A DNA stretch of 64,000 bases from Candidatus Eiseniibacteriota bacterium (GTDB lineage: Bacteria > Eisenbacteria > RBG-16-71-46): positions 960,001 through 1,024,000 of the forward strand of contig CAVSAC010000012.1 in NCBI GenBank assembly GCA_963725865.1, read 5' to 3'. Position numbers and translations under genes: made by a program. Numbering within the stretch: position 1 is the first letter of the stretch; the number at the start of each line of letters is the position of its first letter. Of this stretch, positions 40,764 to 50,827 are shown piece by piece. The notes under the pieces were generated by a model, which saw nothing but the letters and a program-made list of their open reading frames with translations, was not told the origin of the DNA and did no database searches.

Positions 40764-41482
40764 TGGACGCACTCTTCTTCGGCGCACATCCCGACGACAT
40801 CGAGCTCACCTCGGGCGGCCTCGCCGCGCGGCTCGCCGCGGCCGGCCACGCGGTGGGCCTCGTCGATCTGACCGCGGGCGAGGCGGCGAGCCGTGGCACC
40901 CCGGAGCAGCGCACGGGCGAGGCGCAGGAGGCCGCCCGCCGGCTCGGCGCGCGGGTGCGCGAGTGCCTCGGGCTGCCCGACTGCGGGGTCGACCGCAACC
41001 ACCCGGCCCACCGGCGCGCGGTGGTCGCGGCGCTGCGCCGGCACCGCCCGTCGCTGGTCGTGGCGCCGTGGCGCGACGACGCGCACCCCGACCACGTCGA
41101 GGCGCACCACCTCGTTCGGCACGCGTGCTACCTCGCGGGGCTCGCGCGCTTCGATGCGCCCGGCGAGCGCCATCGTCCCGCGCGGCTGCTGTTCGCGCTC
41201 TACCGCGACGGCGACGCGCCGACGCTGGTGGTCGACGTGACCGCGGCATGGGAGGCGCGCATGGCCGCGCTGCACGCGCACGCGAGCCAGCTCGATCCCG
41301 CCGCCGGGCCCTCCACCTACCTCACGCATCCCGACTTCCTCGCCGAGGTCGAGGCGCGCGCCCGCACGTTCGGCGCCCGCATCGGCGTCCGCTACGGCGA
41401 GGGCTATCGCAGCGCCGGCCCGCTCGGACTCACCGCGGTGGGCGCGCTGCTCGGACCCCAGCCCGAAGGACCCGCGGCATGA
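40763..41482 (+). CDS. bshB1: Bacillithiol biosynthesis deacetylase BshB1 (PIG-L family)
   Basis: GAHPDDIE, DLTAGE..SRGT, HPDH, YGEG; between bshC and bshA. Confidence 0.88.
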   Translation: MDALFFGAHPDDIELTSGGLAARLAAAGHAVGLVDLTAGEAASRGTPEQRTGEAQEAARRLGARVRECLGLPDCGVDRNHPAHRRAVVAALRRHRPSLVVAPWRDDAHPDHVEAHHLVRHACYLAGLARFDAPGERHRPARLLFALYRDGDAPTLVVDVTAAWEARMAALHAHASQLDPAAGPSTYLTHPDFLAEVEARARTFGARIGVRYGEGYRSAGPLGLTAVGALLGPQPEGPAA

Positions 41483-42708
41483 GCCCCAGACGCCCGCGAG
41501 CGACGCGTCGCCGCAGCCCCGTGAAGTCCGATTCCGCGCCGCGCGCGAAGCGCGGCGCCGCGACCCCCGCCGCGAAGCCTCCGCGCCCCGCGCGCAAGCG
41601 GCGCATCGGGATCACCTGTTACTCGCACTTCGGCGGCAGCGGCGTGGTCGCCACCGAGCTCGGGATCGAGCTGGCGCGCCGCGGCTTCGAGGTGCACTTC
41701 ATCGCGCACCGGCTGCCGTTCCGCCTGCGGCGCTTCGAGTCGAACGTGTACTTCCACGAGGCGACGCCCGCCTCGTACCCGGTGTTCGAGCAGGCGCCCT
41801 ACAACCTGGCGCTCACGACCAAGATGGTCGAGGTGGTCGAGAACTACGAGCTCGACGTGCTCCACGTGCACTACGCGATGCCGTTCGCGGCCAGCGCCTA
41901 CCTGGCGCGCCAGCTGCTGCTGCCGCGCCAGCTCGGGGTGGTGACCACGCTGCACGGCACCGACATCACGCTGGTCGGGCTGGAGCCCGCGTTCTTCCGC
42001 GTCACCCAGTTCAGCATCCAGTCGAGCGACCGGGTGACCGCGGTGAGCCGCTTCCTCAAGGACCGCGCCGAGGCCTCGTTCGGGATCACCCGGCCGATCG
42101 AGGTGATCTACAACTTCGTCGACCCGCGGGTCTTCAGCCCCAACCGCAAGGTCGCGCTGCGGCTCGCCGGGCCCGAGACGCGGGTGCTGATGCACGCGTC
42201 CAACTTCCGTCCGGTCAAGAACATCCCAGCCGTCATTCAGGTGTTCGCCGAGGTCCGCCGGCGGCTCAAGAGCAAGCTCGTGATGATCGGCGACGGCCCC
42301 GAGAAGGCCAACGCCGAGCACCTCGCCCGCGAGCTGGGGGTGGAGCGCGACGTGCTGTTCCTCGGCAATCAGGATTGCATGGAGGAACTGCTGCCGCTGG
42401 CCGATGTCTTCTTATTGCCGAGCTCCTCGGAGAGCTTCGGGTTGGTCGCCCTGGAGGCCATGAGCGCCGAGGTGCCGGTGGTGGCGTCGAATGCCGGCGG
42501 GTTGCCCGAGGTCATCGACCACGGGGTCACGGGGTTCCTGCACGATCCCGGGCACATCGCGGGGTTCGTCTCCTCGGTGCTGCGTCTGCTCCAGAACGAG
42601 CCGCTGCGCCGGACCATGGGCCGGCGCGCGCGCAAGGTGGCGCGGACGCGGTTCAGTGTGGACGAGATGGTGTCGCGCTACATCCAGGTGTACGACTCGC
42701 TCCGGTAG
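41479..42708 (+). CDS. bshA: GlcNAc-malate synthase BshA (GT4)
   Basis: IGITCY...GGSGVVATELG, HVHYAMP, TTLHGTDIT, SNFRPVK, ESFGLVALEAM. Confidence 0.95.
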   Translation: MSPRRPRATRRRSPVKSDSAPRAKRGAATPAAKPPRPARKRRIGITCYSHFGGSGVVATELGIELARRGFEVHFIAHRLPFRLRRFESNVYFHEATPASYPVFEQAPYNLALTTKMVEVVENYELDVLHVHYAMPFAASAYLARQLLLPRQLGVVTTLHGTDITLVGLEPAFFRVTQFSIQSSDRVTAVSRFLKDRAEASFGITRPIEVIYNFVDPRVFSPNRKVALRLAGPETRVLMHASNFRPVKNIPAVIQVFAEVRRRLKSKLVMIGDGPEKANAEHLARELGVERDVLFLGNQDCMEELLPLADVFLLPSSSESFGLVALEAMSAEVPVVASNAGGLPEVIDHGVTGFLHDPGHIAGFVSSVLRLLQNEPLRRTMGRRARKVARTRFSVDEMVSRYIQVYDSLR

Positions 42709-42712
42709 GGTC

Positions 42713-43798
42713 ATGTCCGCTTCCGACCGCCGCCTCGCGATTCTCGCCGAAGGCTGCTTCTCACCGCTCGAGGCCAAGACCGCGCTGGGCGCCCTGCGTT
42801 ACCGCGCGCACGACGTCGTCGCGGTGATCGACTCGACGCGCGCCGGCCGCACCGCACAGGCCTGCGTCGGGGTCGGTGGCGCGGTCCCGGTGGTGGCGAC
42901 GATCGGGCAGGCGGCAGCGCTGGGGGCCGGGGCGCTCGTGATCGGCGTCGCGCCGCAGGGCGGCGGGCTGCCCGCCGGTTGGCGCGCACCGGTCGAGGAC
43001 GCGCTCGCGCGCGGCTGGGACGTGATCGCGGGACTCCACGTGTTCCTCGCCGACGACGCGGGGTTCGCGAGCCTCGCCGCCCGCCACGGCGCGCGGCTGA
43101 TCGACCTGCGCCGTCCGCCCGCCGAGCGCCGCGTCGCGGCCGGGCGCGCCGCGCGGCTCGACGCCACGGTGGTGCTCACGGTCGGCACCGACTGCAGCGT
43201 GGGCAAGATGACCGCGGCGCTCGAGCTGACCCGCGCCCTGCAGGCGCGCGGGGCCCGCGCCGCGTTCGTCGCCACCGGCCAGACCGGCATCCTGGTGGCC
43301 GGGGGCGGCGTGCCGGTCGACGCGGTGGCCGCGGACTTCCTCGCCGGCGCGGTCGAGCACGCGGTGCTCGAGGCCGCGCGCGACGCGGACCTGGTGGTGG
43401 TCGAGGGTCAGGGCGCGCTCGCGCATCCCGGCTACGCCGCGGTCGCGCTGGGGCTCCTGCACGGCGCCTGCCCGTCGCTGCTGGTGCTGTGCCACGAGGC
43501 CGGCCGCGAACGCATGCGCGTGATGGCGCCCGACGCGGCCGAGTTCCCGCTCGCGCCGCTCGCCGAGGTGGCGCGCGACAACGAGCGCGCGGCGGGCTGG
43601 GTGCACGCGGCGCGCACGGTCGCGCTCGCGGTCAACACGCGCGCGCTCGAACCGGCCGCCGCGCGTGCCGCGATCGAGGACGCGGCCCGCGCGACCGGGC
43701 TGCCGGCCTGCGATCCGGTGCGCGACGGCGCGGAACGGCTGGCCGACGCGGTGCTGGCGGCGCACGCCGCGCGGAGGTCGCATGCGGCTCACGCATGA
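42713..43798 (+). CDS. DUF1611 protein (DgcN-like, P-loop)
   Basis: AKTALGALRY, GLH.FL, VGTDCSVGKMT, ATGQTGI, VEGQG. Confidence 0.85.
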   Translation: MSASDRRLAILAEGCFSPLEAKTALGALRYRAHDVVAVIDSTRAGRTAQACVGVGGAVPVVATIGQAAALGAGALVIGVAPQGGGLPAGWRAPVEDALARGWDVIAGLHVFLADDAGFASLAARHGARLIDLRRPPAERRVAAGRAARLDATVVLTVGTDCSVGKMTAALELTRALQARGARAAFVATGQTGILVAGGGVPVDAVAADFLAGAVEHAVLEAARDADLVVVEGQGALAHPGYAAVALGLLHGACPSLLVLCHEAGRERMRVMAPDAAEFPLAPLAEVARDNERAAGWVHAARTVALAVNTRALEPAAARAAIEDAARATGLPACDPVRDGAERLADAVLAAHAARRSHAAHA

Positions 43799-44804
43799 GC
43801 GGCTCGACCTCGAGACGACGTTCGAGTTCCGCATCGCGGTGGGCGGGCGCAAGGTCCACCGCAACACGCTCGTGCGCCTCGAGCACGACGGCATCACCGG
43901 GCTCGGCGAGGCCGCGCCCGCGTTCTACCACGGCGAGACGCGCGAGACCGTCGAGGCCGCGCTCGCGGTGTGGGGCCCGCAGCTGGGCGAGGATCCGTTC
44001 GCGCTGGAGGCGATCGAGCGGCGCCTGAACGGCGTGCTGCGCGGGCATGCGGCCGCGCGCGCGGCGATCGACCTGGCGCTCCACGACTGGATCGGCAAGC
44101 GCCTCGGCCAGCCGGTCTGGCGCCTGCTCGGGCTCGACCCGGGGCGGGTGCCCGCCTCGTGCGTCACGCTGGGCATGGCGGCGCCCGAGGAGATGGAGCG
44201 CAAGCTCGAGGCGGTGCTCGGCTTCCCGGCGCTCAAGGTGAAGCTGGGAGCGCCCGGCGACGTCGAGAACCTCGAGCGCATCCGCCGCGGCTACCGCGGC
44301 CGACTGCGCGTGGACGCGAACACCGCGTGGACGCCCGCCGACGCGGTGCGCGTGCTGCGCCGCATCGAGCCGCTCGACATCGAGCTGGTCGAGCAGCCGG
44401 TCGCCCGCGAGGACCTCGACGGTCTGCGCTGGGTGCGCGAGCGCGTCGGCATCCCGGTCTACGCCGACGAGGCCTGCTGCCGCGCGAGCGACATCGCGCA
44501 GCTCGCCGGCCGCGTCGACGGCGTGAACCTCAAGCTCATGAAGTGCGGCGGACTCCGCGAGATGCTGCGCGCCATCCACGCGGCGCGCGCTCACGGGCTC
44601 CGGATCATGCTCGGCTCGATGGTCGAGACCAGCCTCGCGCTGTCGGCCGCGGCCCAGCTGGCGCCGCTCGCGGACGAGCTCGACCTCGACGGCCACTGGC
44701 TGCTGGCGCGCGATCCGTTCGACGGCGCGCCGCGCGAGCAGGGGGAGATCGCGCTGAGCGAGCGCCCGGGCCTCGGCGTGGTACCGGCCGGGGGGACCGC
44801 ATGA
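43782..44804 (+). CDS. Dipeptide epimerase/racemase (enolase superfamily, DgcA-like)
   Basis: GLGEA, KVKLG, RVDAN, EQP, ADE, NLKLMKCGG, DLDG. Confidence 0.9.
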   Translation: MRLTHERLDLETTFEFRIAVGGRKVHRNTLVRLEHDGITGLGEAAPAFYHGETRETVEAALAVWGPQLGEDPFALEAIERRLNGVLRGHAAARAAIDLALHDWIGKRLGQPVWRLLGLDPGRVPASCVTLGMAAPEEMERKLEAVLGFPALKVKLGAPGDVENLERIRRGYRGRLRVDANTAWTPADAVRVLRRIEPLDIELVEQPVAREDLDGLRWVRERVGIPVYADEACCRASDIAQLAGRVDGVNLKLMKCGGLREMLRAIHAARAHGLRIMLGSMVETSLALSAAAQLAPLADELDLDGHWLLARDPFDGAPREQGEIALSERPGLGVVPAGGTA

Positions 44805-46234
44805 GCTTCCGCCTGCGGGCGTACGTGGCCGTGGTCACCCTGATCGCGGTGGCGCTGATGATGCTGCACCCGCCGGCGGCGCTCGACGTGCGGTGGCCCG
44901 ACTATCTCGCGTGGGTCGCGATCCTCGCGCTCTCGGAGATGATGGTGGTCGCCACGCTCTCGGGCGGCGGCACCATCAGCCAGGCCTCCACCGCCGGATT
45001 GGCGGCGGGGATGCTGTGGGGGCTGGGGCCCGGGATGTGGGTGGGCGCGCTGAGCACGGTGGTGACCGAGCTGCTCATCACGCGCAAGCCCTGGGTGCGT
45101 GCGGTGTTCAACGGGGCCGAGATCGCGATCACGATGTGGGTGGCGATGCACGTCTGGAGCTGGCTGGGTGGCCCGCTGAACGGGTTGCAGTTCGAGCCCA
45201 TCGGCGCGGTCGGTCCCGCGGTGGCGTGGCGGCTCGCGCCACCGATCCTCGGGCTCACCGTCACCTACCTGCTCGTCAACCGCGCGCTGGTGGCGGTGGC
45301 GGTATCGTGGTCGTCCGAGCGTCCCTACGTGCAGGTGCTGCGCGAAGACTGGTTCTACGCCGAGCGACTGCTCGAGGACTCGGCCGCGTTCTTCCTGGCG
45401 CCCATCATGGTGCTGTCGTTCCGCGCCATCGGCTACATCGGCGTGGTGCTGTTCTACGCGCCGCTCTACATGCTTCACCAGTCCACCAAACGCTACATCG
45501 AGCTGCGCAACGCGCAGAACCAGATCATCCACCGCGAGCGCATGGCCGCGAAGGGCGAGATGGCCGCCGAGATCGGCCACGAGCTGCGCAACCAGCTGGT
45601 GGCGATCAGCGGCCGCGCCCAGCTATTGCTGCGCGACAGCGAGCGCCAGGTCTACGAGAGCGTGCAGCGCCACGCCCAGATCATCCTCGAGCAGTCCAAG
45701 CGCATGGAGGGGCTCTCGAAGGGCCTGATGGACTTCTCGAGCGCCGAGATCAAGGTCGAGCGCGTGGACATCAACGGGCTGGTCCAGCGCTCGGTCGAGT
45801 TCGTGCGCACCCAGAACCGCTTCGACACCGTCGAGTGGGACATGCGGCTCGCGCCGCAGGCGCCGGAGCTGCGGGTCGATCCCGGGCAGATCCAGCAGGT
45901 GTTCCTCAACCTGTTCATGAACTCCGCCGACGCGATGCAGGAGAAGGGTGTCGGCGTGAAGCGCATCGCGGTCGAGAGCTCGTGGGACGAGCGCGCGCGC
46001 ACGCTCTCGCTGCGCGTCTCCGACACCGGCACCGGGATCGCGCCGCAGAACCTCGCGCGCATCTTCGAGCCGCACTTCACGACCAAGCCCACGGGCCACG
46101 GGTTTGGGCTGTCGTCCTCGTATCGCATCCTCACCAACCACGGCGGGCGCATCACCGCCGAGAGCCCGCCCGGGCAGGGCGCGGTGTTCACCATCGTGCT
46201 GCCGCTCGACGGGCCGGGGAACGGCTGGAAGTGA
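44801..46234 (+). CDS. Membrane-bound sensor histidine kinase
   Basis: Multi-TM N-domain, H-box IGHELRNQL, N-box NLFMNS, DTGTGI, FEPHFTTK, GHGFGL. Confidence 0.92.
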   Translation: MSFRLRAYVAVVTLIAVALMMLHPPAALDVRWPDYLAWVAILALSEMMVVATLSGGGTISQASTAGLAAGMLWGLGPGMWVGALSTVVTELLITRKPWVRAVFNGAEIAITMWVAMHVWSWLGGPLNGLQFEPIGAVGPAVAWRLAPPILGLTVTYLLVNRALVAVAVSWSSERPYVQVLREDWFYAERLLEDSAAFFLAPIMVLSFRAIGYIGVVLFYAPLYMLHQSTKRYIELRNAQNQIIHRERMAAKGEMAAEIGHELRNQLVAISGRAQLLLRDSERQVYESVQRHAQIILEQSKRMEGLSKGLMDFSSAEIKVERVDINGLVQRSVEFVRTQNRFDTVEWDMRLAPQAPELRVDPGQIQQVFLNLFMNSADAMQEKGVGVKRIAVESSWDERARTLSLRVSDTGTGIAPQNLARIFEPHFTTKPTGHGFGLSSSYRILTNHGGRITAESPPGQGAVFTIVLPLDGPGNGWK

Positions 46235-47181
46235 GCGCCCTCGACCCGCCGGCCGCGACCGGGCTGCGCCGCGCCACGGTGGCGCGCGTGGACTTCGGCG
46301 GCTGCCGGGTGGTGCTCGACGACGGCACCGAGTGCGAGGCGACCGTGCGCGCCCGGCTGATGGGCCGCTCCAAGGCGCTCGGCAACGCGGTCGTGGTCGG
46401 CGACGCGGTCGACGTGGAGCTCGCGGGCAGCCGGCCGGCGATCGAGCACGTGCACCCGCGGCGCAACCTGTTCTCGCGGCGCGCCTCGGGCGAGCGCAAG
46501 CTCGAGCAGGTGGTGGCCGCGAACCTCGACCAGGTGGTGCTGGTCGCCTCGGTCGACGAGCCCGAGTTCAAGCCCGGCTTCGTCGACCGCGTGCTGGCGC
46601 AGGCCGAGCACTTCGGCATCCCCGCGCGGATGGTGCTCAACAAGACCGACCTCGGCTCGCCGGCGACCGAGCAGGCGATCCTCGACGACTACGCCGAGGC
46701 CGGCTACGCGGGCCACCTGACGTGCGCGATCCGCGGCGAGGGGGTCGAGGCCCTGCGCCACGCGTGCATCGGGCGGCGCTCGCTGTTCATCGGCCACTCC
46801 GGCGTGGGCAAGAGCTCGCTGCTGAACGCGCTGGCGCCCGAGCTGGATCTGGCCGCCGGCGCGGTGAACCTGAAGACCGGCAAGGGCCGCCACACCACCA
46901 CCGCGGCGTGGCTGCTGCGCACCGCGGACGGACTCGAGCTGATCGACACGCCGGGCGTGCGCACGTTCGCGCTGTGGGGGATCTCCTGCCGCGACCTCGA
47001 GCAGGCGTACCCGGATTTCCGCCGCTTCCTCGGCGCCTGCAAGTTCACCGACTGCCGCCACACCGCCGAGCCCGGTTGCGCGCTGCGCGCCGCGGTCGCG
47101 GTCGGCGACGTCGCGGCGCGGCGTTACGAGTCGTTCCTCAAGCTGCGCGAGGAGCTGGCGGGCGAGGAGCCGGCGTGGTGA
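46231..47181 (+). CDS. rsgA: Ribosome small subunit-dependent GTPase A
   Basis: NKTDL, GHSGVGKSS, GRHTT, DTPG, C-F-DC-H..EPGC zinc finger. Confidence 0.95.
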   Translation: MSALDPPAATGLRRATVARVDFGGCRVVLDDGTECEATVRARLMGRSKALGNAVVVGDAVDVELAGSRPAIEHVHPRRNLFSRRASGERKLEQVVAANLDQVVLVASVDEPEFKPGFVDRVLAQAEHFGIPARMVLNKTDLGSPATEQAILDDYAEAGYAGHLTCAIRGEGVEALRHACIGRRSLFIGHSGVGKSSLLNALAPELDLAAGAVNLKTGKGRHTTTAAWLLRTADGLELIDTPGVRTFALWGISCRDLEQAYPDFRRFLGACKFTDCRHTAEPGCALRAAVAVGDVAARRYESFLKLREELAGEEPAW

Positions 47182-47253
47182 ATCGCGGCGCTGGCGGCCG
47201 CGGCCCGTCCCGCGCCGGCCCGCCGGAGCGCCGCATCGAGTATGCTGGCCGCC

Positions 47254-48486
47254 ATGAGCCCAGCATCCCCGCCCGCGCCCTGGAATCCCCACCTCCGCGC
47301 CCTCGACTGCCTCGACTGCGGCGCGTCGTGTGATCTGTCGCAGCCGCGCAGCGTGTGTCCGGCCTGCGGCCGGCCGCTGGTGGCGCGGTACGACCTCGCG
47401 GCGCTGAAGCGCGTGCTGGCGCGCGGCGACCTGGCGCGCTTCGGCACCGACCTGTGGCGCTTCCGCGCGGTACTGCCGTTCGCCGCGGACCACGCGGTGG
47501 TGCGGCTCGGCGAGGGCGGCACGCCGCTGCTGCCGCTGCCGCGGCTCGGCGAGGAGCTGGGCCTCGGAGCACTCTGGGTCAAGGCCGAGGCCGGCAATCC
47601 GACCGCCTCGTTCAAGGCGCGCGGGCTGGCGCTCGCGGTCAACGGCGCGGTGGCGTTCGGCAAGGACGCGATCGCGCTGCCCTCGGCCGGCAACGCCGGC
47701 AGCGCGGCGGCCGCGTACGCCGCAGCCGCCGGGCTGCGTTGCCGCATCACCGTGCCGGCGGACACGCCCGCGGCGTTCGTGCTCGAGCAGCGCGCGTTCG
47801 GCGCCGAGGTGCGGCTGGTGCCCGGCACCATCTCGGACGCGGGCAAGGCGCTCGCCGAATGGGCGCCGGCGCCCGCGTGGTGGAACGTCGCCACGTTCAA
47901 GGAGCCGTTCCGGCTCGAGGGCAAGAAGACGCTCGGCTGGGAGATCGCCGAGCAGCTCGGCTGGACGCTGCCCGACGTGATCCTCTATCCGACCGGCGGC
48001 GGCACCGGGCTGGTGGGGATGTGGCGCGCGTTCGCGGAGCTGCGCGAGCTGGGCTGGATCGAGGGCCCGCCGGCGCGGCTGGTCGCGGTGCAGGCGGCGG
48101 GCTGCGCGCCGGTGGTGCGGGCGTTCGATTCGGGCGCCGCGCGCGCCGAGGCCTGGAAGGACGCCGCCACGGTCGCCAGCGGGCTGCGCGTGCCCTCGCC
48201 GTTCGCCGACACGCTCATCCTGCGCGCGATCCGCGAGAGCGGCGGCACCGCGATCGCGGTGAGCGAGGAGGACCTGCTCGACGGCATGAACGACCTGGCC
48301 GCCGCCGGGGGCCTGTTCGCGTGCCCCGAGGGTGGTGCTACGCTGGCGGCGCTGCGACGGCTGCGGGCGAGCGGCGAGGTCGCGGCAGGAGCGCGCGTGG
48401 TGATCTACGACACCGGCAGCGGTCTCAAGTATCCCGAGGCGTGGCGCGCCGCACTCGCCCGCCGCGGCGCGGAGGTCGGGCGATGA
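47254..48486 (+). CDS. thrC: Threonine synthase (PLP fold II, N-terminal zinc ribbon)
   Basis: CxxC..CPACG, LGEGGTP, NPTASFKARG, SAGNA, EGKKT, PTGGG. Confidence 0.85.
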   Translation: MSPASPPAPWNPHLRALDCLDCGASCDLSQPRSVCPACGRPLVARYDLAALKRVLARGDLARFGTDLWRFRAVLPFAADHAVVRLGEGGTPLLPLPRLGEELGLGALWVKAEAGNPTASFKARGLALAVNGAVAFGKDAIALPSAGNAGSAAAAYAAAAGLRCRITVPADTPAAFVLEQRAFGAEVRLVPGTISDAGKALAEWAPAPAWWNVATFKEPFRLEGKKTLGWEIAEQLGWTLPDVILYPTGGGTGLVGMWRAFAELRELGWIEGPPARLVAVQAAGCAPVVRAFDSGAARAEAWKDAATVASGLRVPSPFADTLILRAIRESGGTAIAVSEEDLLDGMNDLAAAGGLFACPEGGATLAALRRLRASGEVAAGARVVIYDTGSGLKYPEAWRAALARRGAEVGR

Positions 48487-49826
48487 GACACCTGGCGCGG
48501 CTCGCCGCGCTCGTCACGCTGGCGGCGCTGATCGGCGCCGCCGCGCTCGCGACCGCGAAGCCCCGGCGCGCGGTACCGGAGCCCGCGGTGCCGCCGCCGG
48601 CCGGCCACGGGCGCGTGCTGGCGGCGGAGCTGACGGGACCGGTCACGCCGGTCATGGCCGAGGCGCTCCACACCGCGATCGCGCGCGCCGAGTCGCGCGG
48701 CTACGCGGCGCTGATCCTCGAGATCGACACCCCGGGTGGCCTCGAGTCGAGCATGCGCGAAATGGTGAAGGACCTGCTCGCGAGCCCGCTGCCGGTGATC
48801 GCGTGGGTGGCGCCGAGCGGCTCCCGCGCGGCGTCCGCCGGAGTGTTCATCACGATCGCCTGCGACGTCGCGGCGATGGCGCCCGGCACCAACATCGGTG
48901 CCGCCACCCCGATCAACATGCAGGGGCCGATGGACTCGACGCTCGCGCGCAAGGTCACCAACGATGCCTCGGCGTTCGCGCGCACCGTCGCGGCCCAGCG
49001 CGGGCGCAACGTGGTCTGGGCCGAGCGCGCGGTGCGCGAGGCGGTCTCGGCCAGCGAGACCGAGGCGGTCGAGCTGCGCGTCGTGGACTTCGTGGCCGCG
49101 AATCGCGCCGAGCTGCTCGAGAAGTGCGACGGGCGCACGTGGCGGCGCGGGCAGGAGACGCGCACGCTGGCGCTGAAGGGCCTGCCGGTCGACGTGCTCG
49201 CGACCGGGTTCCGCCAGAAGCTGCTCGCGCTGCTCGCGGACCCGAACATCGCCTACCTGCTGCTCATGCTCGGCTTCTACGGTCTGCTGTTCGAGCTGCA
49301 GAACCCGGGCGCGATCCTGCCCGGGGTGGTCGGCGGCATCTGCCTGATCCTCGCGTTCCTCGCGCTCTCGACGTTGCCCGTCAACTACGCCGGCGTCGCG
49401 CTGCTGGTGCTGGCGGTGGCGTTCTTCCTGGCCGAGGTCAAGGTCGCGAGCCACGGGATGCTGGCGGCTGGCGGCGTCGTCGCGATGCTGCTCGGCTCCC
49501 TCATCCTGTTCCGCGGCGAGGGGGTCGCGCTGTCGTGGACGGTGATCCTCGGCGCCACCTCGGTCACCGCCCTGTTCTTCCTGTTCATCGTCGGCGCCGG
49601 ATTGCGCGCCCAGCGCCGCAAGGTGCAGACCGGCTCGGCGGGCCTGATCGGCGAGCGCGCCGTGGCGCTCGATTCGCTGGCGCCCGTGGGGCGGGTGATG
49701 ATCGGCGACACCTCGTGGCGTGCGGTGGCCGACGCGCCGGTGAGCGCCGGTGAGACCGTCGAGGTGACCGGCGTCGAGGGGCTGACCCTGCACGTGCGGA
49801 CGTGGCGGCGGGAGGGACGGACGTGA
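48483..49826 (+). CDS. nfeD: NfeD long form (ClpP-like protease, TM domain, OB-fold)
   Basis: [22 protein letters not shown]-terminal OB-fold; upstream of slipin. Confidence 0.92.
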   Translation: MRHLARLAALVTLAALIGAAALATAKPRRAVPEPAVPPPAGHGRVLAAELTGPVTPVMAEALHTAIARAESRGYAALILEIDTPGGLESSMREMVKDLLASPLPVIAWVAPSGSRAASAGVFITIACDVAAMAPGTNIGAATPINMQGPMDSTLARKVTNDASAFARTVAAQRGRNVVWAERAVREAVSASETEAVELRVVDFVAANRAELLEKCDGRTWRRGQETRTLALKGLPVDVLATGFRQKLLALLADPNIAYLLLMLGFYGLLFELQNPGAILPGVVGGICLILAFLALSTLPVNYAGVALLVLAVAFFLAEVKVASHGMLAAGGVVAMLLGSLILFRGEGVALSWTVILGATSVTALFFLFIVGAGLRAQRRKVQTGSAGLIGERAVALDSLAPVGRVMIGDTSWRAVADAPVSAGETVEVTGVEGLTLHVRTWRREGRT

Positions 49827-50020
49827 TCCTCCCGCGGGCCGCCATGGTGGGCGGCGTGGCGCCGCGGTCGCTCGCGCGGGTGGGACCCGTGCGGGTCGCG
49901 GTCAGGATGTGGAACGCGATTTCCAGCGCGCGGGTGGATGCCCGCGCGTTGGTGGAGATCGTGGGCGTGGACGCGCTCATCCCGCGCGTCCGGCCCCGTG
50001 CCAAGGAGGAACGGTCATGA
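49823..50020 (+). CDS. Small stand-alone divergent copy of NfeD C-terminal OB-fold (65 aa; possibly a decayed remnant)
   Basis: Aligns by eye to the NfeD tail; GTGA and ATGA overlaps with both neighbours. Confidence 0.5.
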   Translation: MILPRAAMVGGVAPRSLARVGPVRVAVRMWNAISSARVDARALVEIVGVDALIPRVRPRAKEERS

Positions 50021-50796
50021 TGCCCCTGCTCACCCTGATGCTGATCGTCTTGCTGTTCGTGGTGATCCTGATCGCCAACGCGATCCGCGTGGTGCGCGAG
50101 TACGAGCGCCTCGTGGTGTTCCGCCTCGGGCGGCTGATCGGCGAGAAGGGGCCGGGCCTGGTGCTGCTGTGGCCGATCATCGACCGCGCGGTCAAGGTCG
50201 GGTTGCGCACGGTCACGATGGACGTGCCGCCGCAGGACATCATCACCAAGGACAACGTGTCGGTGAAGGTGAACGCGGTGGTGTACTTCCGCGTCGTGGA
50301 CGCGCGCCAGGCGATCGTGCAGGTCGAGAACTTCCTGTACGCCACCTCGCAGATCGCCCAGACCACGCTGCGCTCGATCCTCGGACAGCAGGAGCTGGAC
50401 GAGCTGCTGAGCGAGCGCGAGAAGCTCAATCTGGCGCTCCAGCAGGTGATCGACCGCCAGACCGAGCCGTGGGGCGTGAAGGTCACGAACGTCGAGGTCA
50501 AGAACGTCGACCTGCCGCAGGAGATGCAGCGCGCGATCGCGCGCCAGGCCGAGGCCGAGCGCGAGCGGCGCGCCAAGGTCATCAACGCCGAGGGCGAGTA
50601 CCAGGCCGCAGGGCGTCTGGCCGAGGCGGCGGCGGTGATCGGCCGCGAGCCGGCGGCGCTCCAGCTGCGTTACCTGCAGACGCTGGCGGAGATCGCCACC
50701 GAGAACAACAGCACCACCATCTTCCCGGTGCCGGTCGACTTCCTGAGGGCGTTCATGGGCGCGGCGGACCGGGGCGATCGCGTCGCGAAGAGCTGA
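50017..50796 (+). CDS. Slipin/stomatin (SPFH) protein
   Basis: [57 protein letters not shown]. Confidence 0.95.
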   Translation: MMPLLTLMLIVLLFVVILIANAIRVVREYERLVVFRLGRLIGEKGPGLVLLWPIIDRAVKVGLRTVTMDVPPQDIITKDNVSVKVNAVVYFRVVDARQAIVQVENFLYATSQIAQTTLRSILGQQELDELLSEREKLNLALQQVIDRQTEPWGVKVTNVEVKNVDLPQEMQRAIARQAEAERERRAKVINAEGEYQAAGRLAEAAAVIGREPAALQLRYLQTLAEIATENNSTTIFPVPVDFLRAFMGAADRGDRVAKS

Positions 50797-50827
50797 GGAT
50801 GCCGGGCCCGGCGGCCCCGGCGCGCGC

